Positions 11,006 through 21,700 of a DNA stretch of 64,000 bases are shown here, in pieces (the stretch's first letter is position 1; each line of letters starts with the position of its first letter). The translations under genes and the position numbers were made by a program. The notes under the pieces were generated by a model. It saw nothing but the letters and a program-made list of their open reading frames with translations, was not told the DNA's origin and ran no database searches. Source of the stretch: Planctomycetota bacterium (GTDB lineage Bacteria; Planctomycetota; GCA-002687715; CAIWVZ01); assembly GCA_044222185.1 (NCBI GenBank), contig JBGANV010000008.1, positions 160,001 to 224,000 of the forward strand, in the 5' to 3' direction.

Positions 11006-11820
11006 CACTTGGTGAAGACCGAGTCGTCGATCCCCTTGTTGACCTTGTAGTTCGCGAACTGCATGACCGTCTCCGGTCCGGCCTTGCCGCCCTGCGTGCC
11101 GATGATCGTCGTCTTCGAGACGAGGGTGATGCCGTCGACGTCGGCGTACTCGAACTTCATCGTGTTGGTGGTGCCCGACGCGGCGTCACCGAACTTCGTC
11201 GCGACCTCGGAGAGGAAGAACTTGCCCTTCCGCTCGGTGTAGGTCATGTCGATGTCCTGCGTGCCGCCGGCCGGCGACGTCACGTGCGCCGACTTCACGA
11301 GGCCGCGCTCGTCGAACGTGAGCAGCTCTTCGCGGAACTGCTGCTTCGACGCCTCGGACTTCGCCGTGACCTTCACCTTGTTCTCGCCGTCCATCACGAT
11401 CTCGTCGCCCGTGCGCTTGCCGAGTTCGGACTGGCCGACGACGACGCGGACCATCATCGGCGCATTCACCTTGGCCTGGGTCTTGACGGTGGGCAGCAGG
11501 AGCTCGAGCTGAGTCTTCTTGTCCGCGGGAGTGTTCGCCGGAACGACGACGTCGGTCGCGACCTTCTCGGGAGCCTTCCACTGCACCTGCATGGTCAGGA
11601 GCATGGTGCGTTCAGGGTTGATCGGGAGGTCGATGTCGAAAGCGACGTCCTTCAGTCCGTTCTCCTGAGGGACATACATGAGGGAGTCGTGTTTCTGGAG
11701 CAGCTTGACCGCTGCCGGATCCTGTTTGGGAGCTGCGGTCGCAGGCGGTGTGGCCGGATTCTGGGCGAGGACGATCGAGCCGATGAAAAACGCCGCGATT
11801 CCGAAGGGCAGGCACTTCAT
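11005..11820 (-). CDS. Secreted hypothetical protein, possible LolA-like fold
   Basis: Signal peptide ends VLA|Q and the mature part is beta-rich. The C-terminus TVMQFANYKVNKGIDDSVF is typical of LolA-like / outer-membrane lipoprotein-sorting proteins. Confidence 0.7.
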
Positions 11821-12036
11821 GACGATTTGACTCCAAGGGGTCGATGAGACCCGTGCATCCCGTCGATGCACCCCCCGTGCCAGGACGGGAAGTCCGCCGG
11901 AGGCCGCACATTCTGGGCGTGGGACGCGGGATGTACAACGAGCGCCCCGCCAACACCGGGAAATTGACCTGCCCCGTGGACATGGACGTCCTCAGCCGGG
12001 CGCAGATCGCAGTCGACTCGACACCGAGGAGCAGCC

Positions 12037-12612
12037 ATGGCCTGGATCCGACTCATCCAAGACGGGGAAGCGACCGGACTGCTGAAGCGATTGTTCGACG
12101 AGGCGATCGCGCGAGCCGGCCGCATCTGGAACATCGTCCGTGTGATGAGTCGGCGACCGAAGCAACTGGACGCGTCGATGGCGCTGTACCGAGAGGTGAT
12201 GTTCGGTGAGTCCGCACTCACGCGTGCCGAGCGCGAGATGGTCGCGGTCGTCGTGTCCGCCACCAACGGTTGCTTTTATTGAACCGTCGCACACGGATTT
12301 GATCTCCGGTCGGAGATCGACAAGACCGAACGAGTCGACGCGATCGTTCGGGAATGGCGAAATGCAGAGCTGTCGAAACGCGAGCGCGCGCTGTGCACGT
12401 TCGCCGAAGCGCTGACGAAGAACCCGGGTCACTCGCGAGAGAACGATCTCGCTCCGCTGCGCGAGGTCGGACTCGACGATGACGCGATCACCGATCTCGT
12501 TCAGGTGATCGCATACTTCAACTACATCAACCGCGTCGCTGATGGACTCGGTGTCGACCCGGAGCCGTTTTTCCCGTCGCGCGCTGAACATTCAGAGCAT
12601 CGAACGACGTGA
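12037..12612 (+). CDS. AhpD/CMD-family peroxidase-related selenoprotein (CxxU, in-frame UGA at 12280-12282), 191 aa
   Basis: GAGGAG RBS. LTRAEREMVAVVVSATNGCFY-TGA-TVAHG continues in frame with AhpD-like sequence (LSKRERALCTFAEALTKNP...LREVGLDDDAITDLVQVIAYFNYINRVADGLGV) to TGA 12610-12612. The UGA sits at the second Cys of CxxCxxxH. Confidence 0.88.
12299..12320 (+). promoter_or_regulatory. Putative bacterial SECIS hairpin
   Basis: GATCTCC-GGTC-GGAGATC forms a perfect 7-bp stem (12301-12318), extendable by two pairs. The loop starts with GG, 25 nt after the UGA. Confidence 0.7.
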
Positions 12613-12675
12613 TGCGTTTTCTTCCATCTCGCGATCGTGCGAAGTAGCATGTCGCGGACAACGGAAACGCATCAC

Positions 12676-13524
12676 ATGGTCACGAAGGAAATCTCAGCAC
12701 TGTTGATGTTGCTCGACGATGAAAGCCCGGACGTCGTCGCCGCGGTTCGCGAACGCCTGCTCGCTCTCGGCGAAGATGCTCTCGCCGCCGTGCGTGACGC
12801 AGCGCAGTCGGACGACGCGCGACGCCGCCTCGCTGCACGCGCGACCGAACGCGCGATCCTCGCGAAGCGGTGCGAGCGCGCGCTCGCCGACTACCTCGCG
12901 CAGGACGAGATCGACCTCGAGACCGCCGTCATCATGCTCGCGAAGGTGAACGACCCGTTCATCGACGGCGATGCGATCCGTGGCCGGCTCGACGAGCTCG
13001 GCAAGCGCGTGCGTGAACTCCTCCCGCAAGCGTCGACACCGAGCGAGCGCGCCGCGCTCCTCGGTCAGGTGATCCACGGACAGGAAGGCATCACCGGCGA
13101 CGAGCAGGACTACTATCACCCCGCCAACTCGTACATCGACCTGGTTCTGGATCGGAGGAAGGGAATCCCGATCACCCTCGCGGTGATCTACGTGCTCGTC
13201 GGGCAGCGCGCAGGCCTGAACGTGTTCGGGATCGGCTTTCCGCGCCATTTCGTGGCGGGCTTCATCGATGGCGCGTTCAGCGTTCAGATCGACGCCTACC
13301 ACGGTGGAAAGCTCCTGGACCGTCAGGCCTGCGCGGACATGCTCTTCGCGCAGAACCTCCCCTACCACGAGTCGTTCTTCGCCCGCGCGACGCCCAAGGA
13401 CATCCTGCGGCGCATGCTCGGCAACCTGGCCTTCGTCTACCGCGACCGCAACGACTCGCCGCGTCTCGCACGAAGCGAAGCTCTCCTGTCCAAGCTCGAC
13501 CGGCGGCTCGCCCGCAAGGTCTGA
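12676..13524 (+). CDS. SirB1-like / transglutaminase-like (Transglut_core2) protein with N-terminal HEAT-like helices
   Basis: GDEQDYYHPANSYIDLVLDRRKGIPITLAVIY, GIGFPRHF and ILRRMLGNL. An alternative start lies at 12649. Confidence 0.85.
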   Translation: MVTKEISALLMLLDDESPDVVAAVRERLLALGEDALAAVRDAAQSDDARRRLAARATERAILAKRCERALADYLAQDEIDLETAVIMLAKVNDPFIDGDAIRGRLDELGKRVRELLPQASTPSERAALLGQVIHGQEGITGDEQDYYHPANSYIDLVLDRRKGIPITLAVIYVLVGQRAGLNVFGIGFPRHFVAGFIDGAFSVQIDAYHGGKLLDRQACADMLFAQNLPYHESFFARATPKDILRRMLGNLAFVYRDRNDSPRLARSEALLSKLDRRLARKV

Positions 13525-13609
13525 ACCTGCGCGGCGGACCTCCGCCCGCGCACCCGGCCGCTGTTAACCTCGCCCACCGCCGAAGTCCGGCGGTGCGAGC
13601 AACGACAGC

Positions 13610-14770
13610 ATGGCCGACGACCTCCTTAAATGGCGCCCTGAGTTCCCGATCCTCCAGAAGTCCGTCTACATGATCTCGAACTCGCTCGGCGCCATGCCGC
13701 GCGGCGTCTTCGACGAGATGAAGAACTTCGCGGAGATGTGGGCGACGCGCGGAGTGCGCGCGTGGCACGAGGGCTGGTGGGAGATGCCGATCACCGTCGG
13801 CAACATCCTGTGCGACATCCTGGGCGCACCGCACGGCACCATCACCATGCACCAGAACGTGTCGATCGCCGAGAGCATCCTGCTCTCGTGCTTCGACTTC
13901 TCCGGTCGGCGCAACAAGGTCGTGTACACGGACATGAACTTCCCGTCCGTGATGTACGTCTTCGAGGCGCAGAAGCGACGCGGTGCTCGCATCGTCATGG
14001 TGAAGAGCGACGACGGCATCGGGGTCGACACGCAGAAGCTGCTCGACGCCATTGACGAGGAAACGCTCCTCGTTCCGATCTCACACGTCCTCTTCCGCTC
14101 GGCATTCATCCAGGATGCCAAGGCGATCATCGAGAAGGCGCATCGCGTCGGGGCGAAGGTGATCCTCGACGTGTACCAGTCGGCCGGCACGGTGCCGCTG
14201 AACCTCACGGAACTGAAGACGGACTTCGCCGTGGGCGGCTCGGTCAAATGGCTCTGCGGCGGGCCCGGCGCGGGTTACCTCTACGTGCGACCCGATCTGG
14301 CGGCGACGCTCGAGCCGGCCTACACGGGCTGGCAGGCGCACGAGCGGCCGTTCGAGTTCGAGATCGGCCCGATCCATTACGCGAAGGATCAGTTCCGCTT
14401 CCTCAACGGAACACCGCACGTGCCGGCGCTCTATGCAGCGCAGTCCGGCTACAAGATCATTCGCGAGATCGGCGTGCCCCGCATCCGTGAGAAGTCGAAG
14501 CGCCTCGTGAAGATGATCATGGAGCGCGCGCTCGGGCACGGCATCAAGATCACCTGCCCGGCCAACGAGCATCAGCGCGGCGGGACGGTGGCGCTCGACG
14601 TCCCCGAAGGCAAGCAGGTCTGCGACGAGCTCATCCGCCGCGAGTTCGTCGTGGACTACCGCCCCAAGTCGGGCATCCGCGTCTCGCCGCACTTCTACTC
14701 GACGGAGGAGGAGTGTCTCGCCGTCGTCGACGAGGCCAAGAAGATTCTGCGGGAGAAGAACCTTGGGTGA
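13610..14770 (+). CDS. kynU: Kynureninase (aminotransferase class V, PLP-dependent)
   Basis: YMISNSLGAMP, NFPSV.Y, LDVYQSAG, GGSVKWLCGGPGAGYLYV (PLP Lys) and DYRP..GIRVSPHFY. Adjacent to kynB. Confidence 0.85.
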   Translation: MADDLLKWRPEFPILQKSVYMISNSLGAMPRGVFDEMKNFAEMWATRGVRAWHEGWWEMPITVGNILCDILGAPHGTITMHQNVSIAESILLSCFDFSGRRNKVVYTDMNFPSVMYVFEAQKRRGARIVMVKSDDGIGVDTQKLLDAIDEETLLVPISHVLFRSAFIQDAKAIIEKAHRVGAKVILDVYQSAGTVPLNLTELKTDFAVGGSVKWLCGGPGAGYLYVRPDLAATLEPAYTGWQAHERPFEFEIGPIHYAKDQFRFLNGTPHVPALYAAQSGYKIIREIGVPRIREKSKRLVKMIMERALGHGIKITCPANEHQRGGTVALDVPEGKQVCDELIRREFVVDYRPKSGIRVSPHFYSTEEECLAVVDEAKKILREKNLG

Positions 14771-15392
14771 GCGACGGATCTGGGACATCTCGCGCACCGT
14801 CGACGAATCGACGGCCGTCTGGCCCGGTGACACGGCGTTCTCCCGCAAGTGGGTGATGCGGATCGACGGCGGTTGCTCGTGCAACGTGTCGACGGTCACG
14901 CACACGGTCCACTGCGGGACTCACGCCGACGCACCGCTCCACTTCGTCGATGGCGCCGCGGGAATCGACGCCGTGGACCTGCGGAAGTACCTGGGACCGT
15001 GCCGCGTGCTGACGGCGAAGAGCGCCGATTGCCTTCGCGTCACCGACCTCGCCGGCCTCGATCTCGCGAAGGAAGAGCGGCTGCTCGTCCGCGGTCCGGA
15101 CGCGCTGCGCGACGACGAGTGGCGCGACGAGTTCTTTCATTGCTCCGTCGACGCCGCGCGTCACGCCGCGACTCACGGGCTTCGACTGCTCGGGCTCGAC
15201 ACGCCCTCGATGGACTTCATGACGTCGAGAGAGCTCGAGGCTCACAAGGCGTTGATCGCCGGCGGGGTCGCGATCCTCGAAAACCTGGACCTCTCGGCCG
15301 TGCCCGACGGTCGCTACGAGCTCATCGCGCTCCCGCTGCGCATCCGCGGCGCCGACGCGTCGCTCGTCCGCGCCGTGCTCCGCGAGATCTGA
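14763..15392 (+). CDS. kynB: Kynurenine formamidase (cyclase family)
   Basis: WDIS, VWPGD, HCGTHADAPLH (HxGTHxDxPxH), GLDTPSMD, ILENLDL and YELIALPL...ADAS.VRAVL. TTG start overlaps the kynU end. Confidence 0.88.
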   Translation: MGERRIWDISRTVDESTAVWPGDTAFSRKWVMRIDGGCSCNVSTVTHTVHCGTHADAPLHFVDGAAGIDAVDLRKYLGPCRVLTAKSADCLRVTDLAGLDLAKEERLLVRGPDALRDDEWRDEFFHCSVDAARHAATHGLRLLGLDTPSMDFMTSRELEAHKALIAGGVAILENLDLSAVPDGRYELIALPLRIRGADASLVRAVLREI

Positions 15393-15417
15393 CGCCGCGC
15401 CGCGCGTGGCGCGCGGC

Positions 15418-15969
15418 TCAGCGACGCATCCGCGGGACGGATTTCAATCGATCGACGTCGGCGAGTGCCGCCGCGAACGCGGCGCGGAGCTCGTCACCGC
15501 CGACGTCCGCATCCAGACCCTCGTCGCGCAGGCGCCAGGAGTTCGCCGTTCGAGAGCGCGAAAGCCACGCGGGTTTGCCGATCGCGCCGAAGTCGTACCG
15601 GGCTCGCGTGACAGGCGAGGACTCGGGCAACGGGGTCTGATCGCAGACCGAGAGGAAGTAGGCGCAGCTGCGAACGTCGCTCAGAGGCCAGATCGCGCCG
15701 TCGTGCCAGGAGTCGTTTGCATCCGTGCGCCATCGAAACTGGACCTGGTACCACGTCGACAGTCCTTCGCAGACGCGGCCCACCTGGAACGAGATCACGC
15801 GGCTCGCGTGGGATCGGTCGCGGATCTGCACGTCGGACGTCGGCAGCCACTCCTCGATCTGCGCGTATGTCGTGAGATCCGAACCCGAGGTGGGCGAACC
15901 GACCGCGGAATCGCGCCCCGCCACCAGCAGCATCACGCCAGCTCCCACTGCCGCCATCTTCGCGAGCAT
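15418..15969 (-). CDS. Hypothetical exported protein
   Basis: Strong GGAGGAGG RBS before the ATG and a hydrophobic N-terminus. No family recognised. Confidence 0.6.
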   Translation of the reverse strand: MLAKMAAVGAGVMLLVAGRDSAVGSPTSGSDLTTYAQIEEWLPTSDVQIRDRSHASRVISFQVGRVCEGLSTWYQVQFRWRTDANDSWHDGAIWPLSDVRSCAYFLSVCDQTPLPESSPVTRARYDFGAIGKPAWLSRSRTANSWRLRDEGLDADVGGDELRAAFAAALADVDRLKSVPRMRR

Positions 15970-16089
15970 CGGGCCTCCTCCGTCAGGCGTCGCGAGCGAA
16001 GTGCTCCGATTCCGCGGGCGATGGCCTGGATCGCGAAGAGCCTACAGCGGGTGGGCGACGATGGGCAGGTGGGCTCTTGAAGAACACGC

Positions 16090-16337
16090 GGGCATCAGTG
16101 ATCTCGCACCGGGCCACAATCCACGCCCGTTGGCCCGCGCGAGACGCGCGGCGGTCCGGAGCGCCGCTCGAACCGCAGCGATAGCGAGGACGAGCGGCAG
16201 GATCGCCGGTCGACCGCAGCACAGCGAGGACGACCGGACCGGCCGATTTCGACGCGCTGACAGGCTCTCGATCATCACGCGGGCGTCAGTGATCCCGCAC
16301 CGGGCTCCGCCGAGACGGCGGAAGACCGGCGCTCCGG
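16090..16337. repeat. Structured intergenic repeat, copy 4 (partial 3' module plus one shortened unit)
   Basis: The GCATCAGTGATCTCGCACCGGGCC module is at 16092. A unit bounded by CCGGAGCGCC (16156-16165) / GGCGCTCCGG (16328-16337) follows. Confidence 0.8.
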
Positions 16338-16345
16338 CGGCGCGA

Positions 16346-17791
16346 TCAAACCGCGGCGGGCTCGGCGGGCGCGGGCCGCTCCGAATCGGCGGCGCGGAAC
16401 TCGCGTTGCTTGACGATCTCGAGGGCGGCGGCGCGGTAGCCCTCGGCGAGCGTCGGGAAGTTGAAGATGTGATCGATGAACACATCCACGTCGTCGCCGG
16501 CGAGAAGCGCCATCTGCGCGACGTGAATGATCTCGGTGGCGCCGTCGCCGATGATCTGGGCACCAAGGAGCTTCTTGCCCGCGGCGTCGGCGACGAGCGT
16601 CAACATGCCGTGCCGGATCGCACTGATCTGACCGCGCGCGAGCTCGCTCAGCGACACGCGACCGAGGATGATCTCACCGTGCACCTTGCGCGCATCCGTC
16701 TCCGACAACCCCACGCTGGAGATCTCCGGGACGGTGTAGATGCCGATGGGTATCATCTCCGGCGCATGCCCCAGATCGAGGCCGAGCGAGTGGCGAACGG
16801 CGCGACGGCCCTGCTCCATCGACGACGACGCGAGCGACGGTGGCCCGATCACGTCACCGACTGCGTAGATACCGGGCACGCACGTCTGACAGAACTCGTC
16901 GACGACGATCAAACCGCGATCGCTGAGCTTCACGCCCGTGGCGGGGATGTTCAGTCCTTCGACGTTGGACACGCGTCCGAGTGCACACAGCAGCTTGTCG
17001 CTCTTGACCACCGTCCCATCGTCGAGAGTCGTGACGACGGCCGAGAGCCCGTCCCATTCGACGGACGTGGGCGACCGACCTCCGAGGAACGTCCCGCCCT
17101 GCTCTTCGAACGAGCGCACGAACCGCTCGCTCAACGTGGAGTCGACGCACGTCAGCGGCAGTTGTGCCTTGTCGATCATCGTGACCTTCACGCCGAGGAC
17201 CTGGAAGATCGAGGCATATTCGCTGGCGATGACGCCGCCGCCCAACACGGTGAGCGACGCCGGGAGGTAGATCATCGAGAGCACGGAGTCGCTGTCGAGG
17301 ATGAACTCGTGGTCGATCGGCACGTTGGCTGGCGCTCGTGGACGCGACCCGACGGCGATCACGATGACGTCCGCCGAGATGTCGCGGGTCTTGCCCGACG
17401 GAGCCATCACGCGCAGCGACTTCGGCCCCGTGAACGACGCGCGTCCGTGCCACAGTTCCACGCCGGCACGACGCAGTTGATGATCCATCACGCGAACGTG
17501 ACCGCGCACGACCGTCTCGAGACGCGACATGAGCGTCTCGACCTTGATCTCGGGCGGGATGTTGACGTCCAGCGTGCCGCCGGTCCGCTCGCGAAGGCTG
17601 GCGAGATTCACGGCGGTCTCGCGCAGCGTCTTGCTCGGAATCGTGCCGCGATGAACGCACGCTCCGCCGACGCCGAGCTCTCGCTCGATCATGACGACGC
17701 GTTTCCCCGCCTTGGTGCCTTGGATCGCGGCTGTCTGTCCCGCAGGTCCGCTCCCGATCACCACGATGTCGACGTGCGCCATCTCGCTCAT
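16346..17791 (-). CDS. sthA: Soluble (Si-specific) NAD(P)+ transhydrogenase
   Basis: GSGPAG FAD motif, GGACVHRGTIPSKTLRE (single-Cys CxxxGT typical of SthA), GGGVIASEYAS, GDVIGPPSLAS and FNFPTLAEGYRAAA. Confidence 0.92.
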   Translation of the reverse strand: MSEMAHVDIVVIGSGPAGQTAAIQGTKAGKRVVMIERELGVGGACVHRGTIPSKTLRETAVNLASLRERTGGTLDVNIPPEIKVETLMSRLETVVRGHVRVMDHQLRRAGVELWHGRASFTGPKSLRVMAPSGKTRDISADVIVIAVGSRPRAPANVPIDHEFILDSDSVLSMIYLPASLTVLGGGVIASEYASIFQVLGVKVTMIDKAQLPLTCVDSTLSERFVRSFEEQGGTFLGGRSPTSVEWDGLSAVVTTLDDGTVVKSDKLLCALGRVSNVEGLNIPATGVKLSDRGLIVVDEFCQTCVPGIYAVGDVIGPPSLASSSMEQGRRAVRHSLGLDLGHAPEMIPIGIYTVPEISSVGLSETDARKVHGEIILGRVSLSELARGQISAIRHGMLTLVADAAGKKLLGAQIIGDGATEIIHVAQMALLAGDDVDVFIDHIFNFPTLAEGYRAAALEIVKQREFRAADSERPAPAEPAAV

Positions 17792-18651
17792 GAAACCGCA
17801 TCCATGGAACTGAGCACCCTCTGGCTCGTGGCGACGAGCGCCGCCACGTCGTCGGGGTAGAGATTCAGCGCTTGCACGACCGCGAGGTTGCGCAGGTCCT
17901 CGACGTCCAGGCTGCCTCCCAGCAACATCCGGTCGGACAACTCGTCGGCGAGCGCGGTCATGGCGGCGAGTTCCTGGTAGGTCGGAGCCTGCTCCCATGC
18001 GTGGTGGAACTCGATGGCCTCGGCGACCTGCTTCGAGAGGTTCCACTTCGTCGCGAACTGCGCGCCCACGCCGGCGTGCATCTCGTCGATGACGGGAAGC
18101 ACGGCCTCACGCGACGGCATCACGACGCTCTTCGCCACCGCGGCAGCGGCGCCGAAGATCACCGACTTGCCCATGTCGTGCAGCAGGCCGCAGATGAACG
18201 CACCTTCCACGTTGCGACGCCGCGCCCGCGCGATCTCCTTCGCGAACAGCCCGCTTGCAAACGAGTGCCGCCAGAGATCGCGGGCCTCCGCCTCGAACGG
18301 TTTCACGGTGACCATCCGCGACCGGACGGAGACGGCGAACGCCATGTCGCACAACGCCGCGAACCCGATCCGGCTGATGGCTTGCTGCAGCGACACGATC
18401 GGCTCCCGGCCTGCGTAGAGCGGGGAATTCGAGATGCGGAGCACGTTCGAAGCGAGCGCCTGATCGCGATGAATGAGCTCGGCGAGCTTCTTGGCGTCCG
18501 TGTCTGCGGACTGCGAGAGCGACAAGACCTGGTTGGCGACCTCGGGCAGGGGCGGAATCTCCAGCGTGCCTGATGCCAACGACTTGGCGAGGTGCTCGCG
18601 CACCTTCGCCGTCCACTCACCCGTGTCGATGATCACTTCCGTTTCAGCCAT
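17788..18651 (-). CDS. HDOD domain-containing protein
   Basis: IPPLPEVA, DQALASNVLRISNSPLY, SLQQAISRIG, LWRHS, AFICGLLHDMGK and W.L...V.EAIEFHH. ATGA overlap with sthA. Confidence 0.92.
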   Translation of the reverse strand: MAETEVIIDTGEWTAKVREHLAKSLASGTLEIPPLPEVANQVLSLSQSADTDAKKLAELIHRDQALASNVLRISNSPLYAGREPIVSLQQAISRIGFAALCDMAFAVSVRSRMVTVKPFEAEARDLWRHSFASGLFAKEIARARRRNVEGAFICGLLHDMGKSVIFGAAAAVAKSVVMPSREAVLPVIDEMHAGVGAQFATKWNLSKQVAEAIEFHHAWEQAPTYQELAAMTALADELSDRMLLGGSLDVEDLRNLAVVQALNLYPDDVAALVATSQRVLSSMDAVS

Positions 18652-18753
18652 TGCCCCCGCCTTGCTTAGGTGATTTCGGCAAGGCAGGGGTTTCGCCCCA
18701 AGGGCTGCGCGGGAAGCCGGATCCGTCAGGCGGCGTGCCGCAGTGCGACGGTC

Positions 18754-21700
18754 TCAGTCACCTTTGACCGCGACCCGTACGCCGTCGCACCACGACTTCG
18801 CCTCGTCGGAGTAGTAGAGGTAGGCGCGGGAGGCGGCGCCAACGTAGGTTCCAGCGACGGCAGCGACGAGATTCAAACGGATGTTGACCACCTCGGACGG
18901 CTTCAGGCATCGCTTGTAGAACACGACGTCGCCGTCGCGGACCTCGTAGAAATCGGCCAATCCTGCCTTCACGAGTTCCTTCAATTGATCATGCCGAGGC
19001 TCGAGGCCGCCGGGGATGCCGACGATCGCGACGGCCATGGGCTGCCCCTCGGCGGTCGCGTTCGAGAACGTGACTTCGAGGTCGGTCGTTTCGCCCTGGC
19101 GCACGCTCGGCGATGCGAGCTTCGTCGCCAGCTTCACCTTGCAGTCGCCGGCCGACGGCGGCTTCTGCGTGTGGTAGCGAACCGTGATCGCGTAGGGCAT
19201 CTCCGATCCGCCATCCATCGCCAGCTCGATGCGATGGTTGCCGGCCGTCAACGTGTTCGTGAACGCCGGCATCTCGAGCGCACCTTTGTCGTCCGTCGTG
19301 AACGGGACCGTGCCGATCGCCTTGCCGTCGACGAGGAGCGTCACCTTCCCCGGAGCCTTCGGGCGCGCATTCGCCGCGTCGTATCCGAGGATCGCCTTCA
19401 GCGCGAGGATCGTGCTCTGCGTCGCGCCGAAGCGACCCCCCTGGCACTGCTGGAACAGCCAGATTGCAGCACGATCGCACGAAGGCATGTGACCGCCCGC
19501 GCGCAACCACGCCATGATGGCGAGGGATGTGGTCTCGACCTCGAGGCTCGTTCCGCTCGACCGCGTGATGCTCGTCGTTGCGCCCCGCACGGCGCCGTCC
19601 GTCCCCTGCTTGCCGTTGAGCCTGTCGAGGATCGCAGGCGCCTGCGGGTGCTTGCCCAGGTACATCACGTTGGCTGCGAGGGCGAGGAAGTAGGCATCAT
19701 CCGACTCCTTCGCCCGCGCCGCGACCCACTCGATTTCCTTCTCGAGTCCACGCTCGCCGGCCTCCAGCAGCGCCCACACGATGTAGGCATTCGTGATGTC
19801 GTCGGGCGCACCACCGAACGAGTCGAGCGCCTGCGGATTCCGCGTGAAGCCACCCTTCCCATCGCGGCGATCGCGCAGCCAGGAGCGCGTGCGCTCCAGC
19901 ATCGAGCGGTCGACGCCGTAGACGCGGCTCATGTCGACGAACTCCATCACGCCATAAGCGGTCAACGCTTCGTGTCCCGGATTGCCGCCAAACCACTCGT
20001 AGCCTCTCTCCTTGCACTCATACCCGGTCAAGCGCTTGTATCCCGAGTCGAGGAGCTGTTTGGCGCGCGCGAGCGTAGCGCCGTCGTCGACGTGATGCGT
20101 CGACAGGTACTCCATGACCAGCACGTTGGGGTATGCCGTCGAGCTCGTCTGCTCGAAACAGCCACACGGCTCGGTGAGCAACCCCTTCAGCGCATCCGTC
20201 AGCGTCGCGAGAGGCGAAGGGTAGATCCGCGCCTCCGCCACAAGGCTCGACGCGTCGAGCTGGTCGGGAATCACCAGGTCATGCGCGATGCGCTGCGTCA
20301 ACCGGCCGCCGAACGCGACCATCACGGGGAAGCCCGCGGGCACCACGCGGATGCGGCGCTTCACCTCATCGGTGAGCACCCCGGACTGCGCACGCACGAC
20401 GACGTCGACCCACCCGTTGAGCTTCCCTGCCACGAGGGTGAGGCGGCCCCGAGCCGAACCATTCGCGGGGACCTGGATCTCCGGATCGTTCCCCTCCTTG
20501 GTGACCCCGGCACCGGCGTCGGCCGTCAACGTCGCCGCCATCGCCGCGTCCGTGGCGTTGTTGATCGCGACCGGTATCTCCAGCACGTCGCCCGCGGTCA
20601 CGACGAGCGGAAGCTTGGGTTCGACGAAGAACGGCTTGCGGGACTCGATGACGGCATCCGCCGATCCCAGCGCTCCGTCCTTGCCGACGGCGTCGGCCAT
20701 CACGCGGAAACTCGTGATGGAATCGGAGAGGTCGAACGAGACCGCGGCGCGCCCCGTCGCGTCCGTCGATACACCGCAGTTCCAGTAGAGCACTTCGGTG
20801 AAGTCAGTTCGTTCCGAGGTCCGCCGATCGGGACGGCTCGCGTGGGCGTATTCGCGAACGACCACGCGCTTCTTGAATTCACCGATGTCGAGGGCCCGCG
20901 CGCGGTCATCGTCGCCCAAGAGAGCATCCCGCGCTTCCCCCGCCGGGGCTTCGAACTTGGGCTCGTTCTTCGGAGCGGCGGCCTTTCCCGCCGGAGCCGC
21001 GCCGAGGCGTGCGGCCCCGTCACGCGGCCCCGCGCCCATCCGCAATTCCTCCACGACGGCATCGACCATGGCGGCGCCGGGACCGCCGCCACCCGCGAGC
21101 CTTCCGAACTTGGTCACTTCGGGTTCTTCGACGACCGCGAAGGCGCGGCGCGCCGCATCGCCGTGCCTGGCGACGAACGCGCCCACGTCGACCCACGCGA
21201 ATCGCCTCCAGCCCTGCGTGCCGAGCAGGAGGTCGATGGCGACGTCGGCCGCGGGCCCCGTCTCGAAGAACCGCTCCGAGTCCATGAGCTCCTTCACGTC
21301 GGAACCGATCAGGGCCTGCGCAGGCAGTCGCGGCGCTCGCTCACGACGCTCGATCTGGTTGAGCACGGCGTCATCCGTCACACGCAAGCCGACGAGAGCC
21401 GGAACGGGCTTGCCGTCCTGGTCCGTCGTCGTGACGTCGACCGTCACCTTCTGCCCAGGCACGCCGCGTGTCGTCGAGGGTTTGACGGCGACGATCACGG
21501 CACGCGCTGGCTTGCGATAGATCAGCCGCTCGGCGCGAGGCGTTCCCTTGGAGTCAAGTACCGTCACCCGGAGGATGCCGTCGAACTCGGGCGCGATCTC
21601 GATGTCGCGCGTGACGCTCGTGCCCGCTTGCGCGGCGGCCGACTCCCGCTTGATCTCCTTGGCGAATCGAGCGACGACGACGGACACGGACTCATCGGAG

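Noticed and set aside
12037-12282. 81-aa stand-alone CMD protein or nonsense pseudogene
   Set aside because: The stop falls on the catalytic Cys position, the downstream frame is intact and a SECIS-like hairpin follows, so recoding is the better explanation.
13610-15392. Complete kynurenine pathway operon
   Set aside because: No tryptophan 2,3-dioxygenase (kynA) is in the window. It may be elsewhere in the genome, which is unremarkable.
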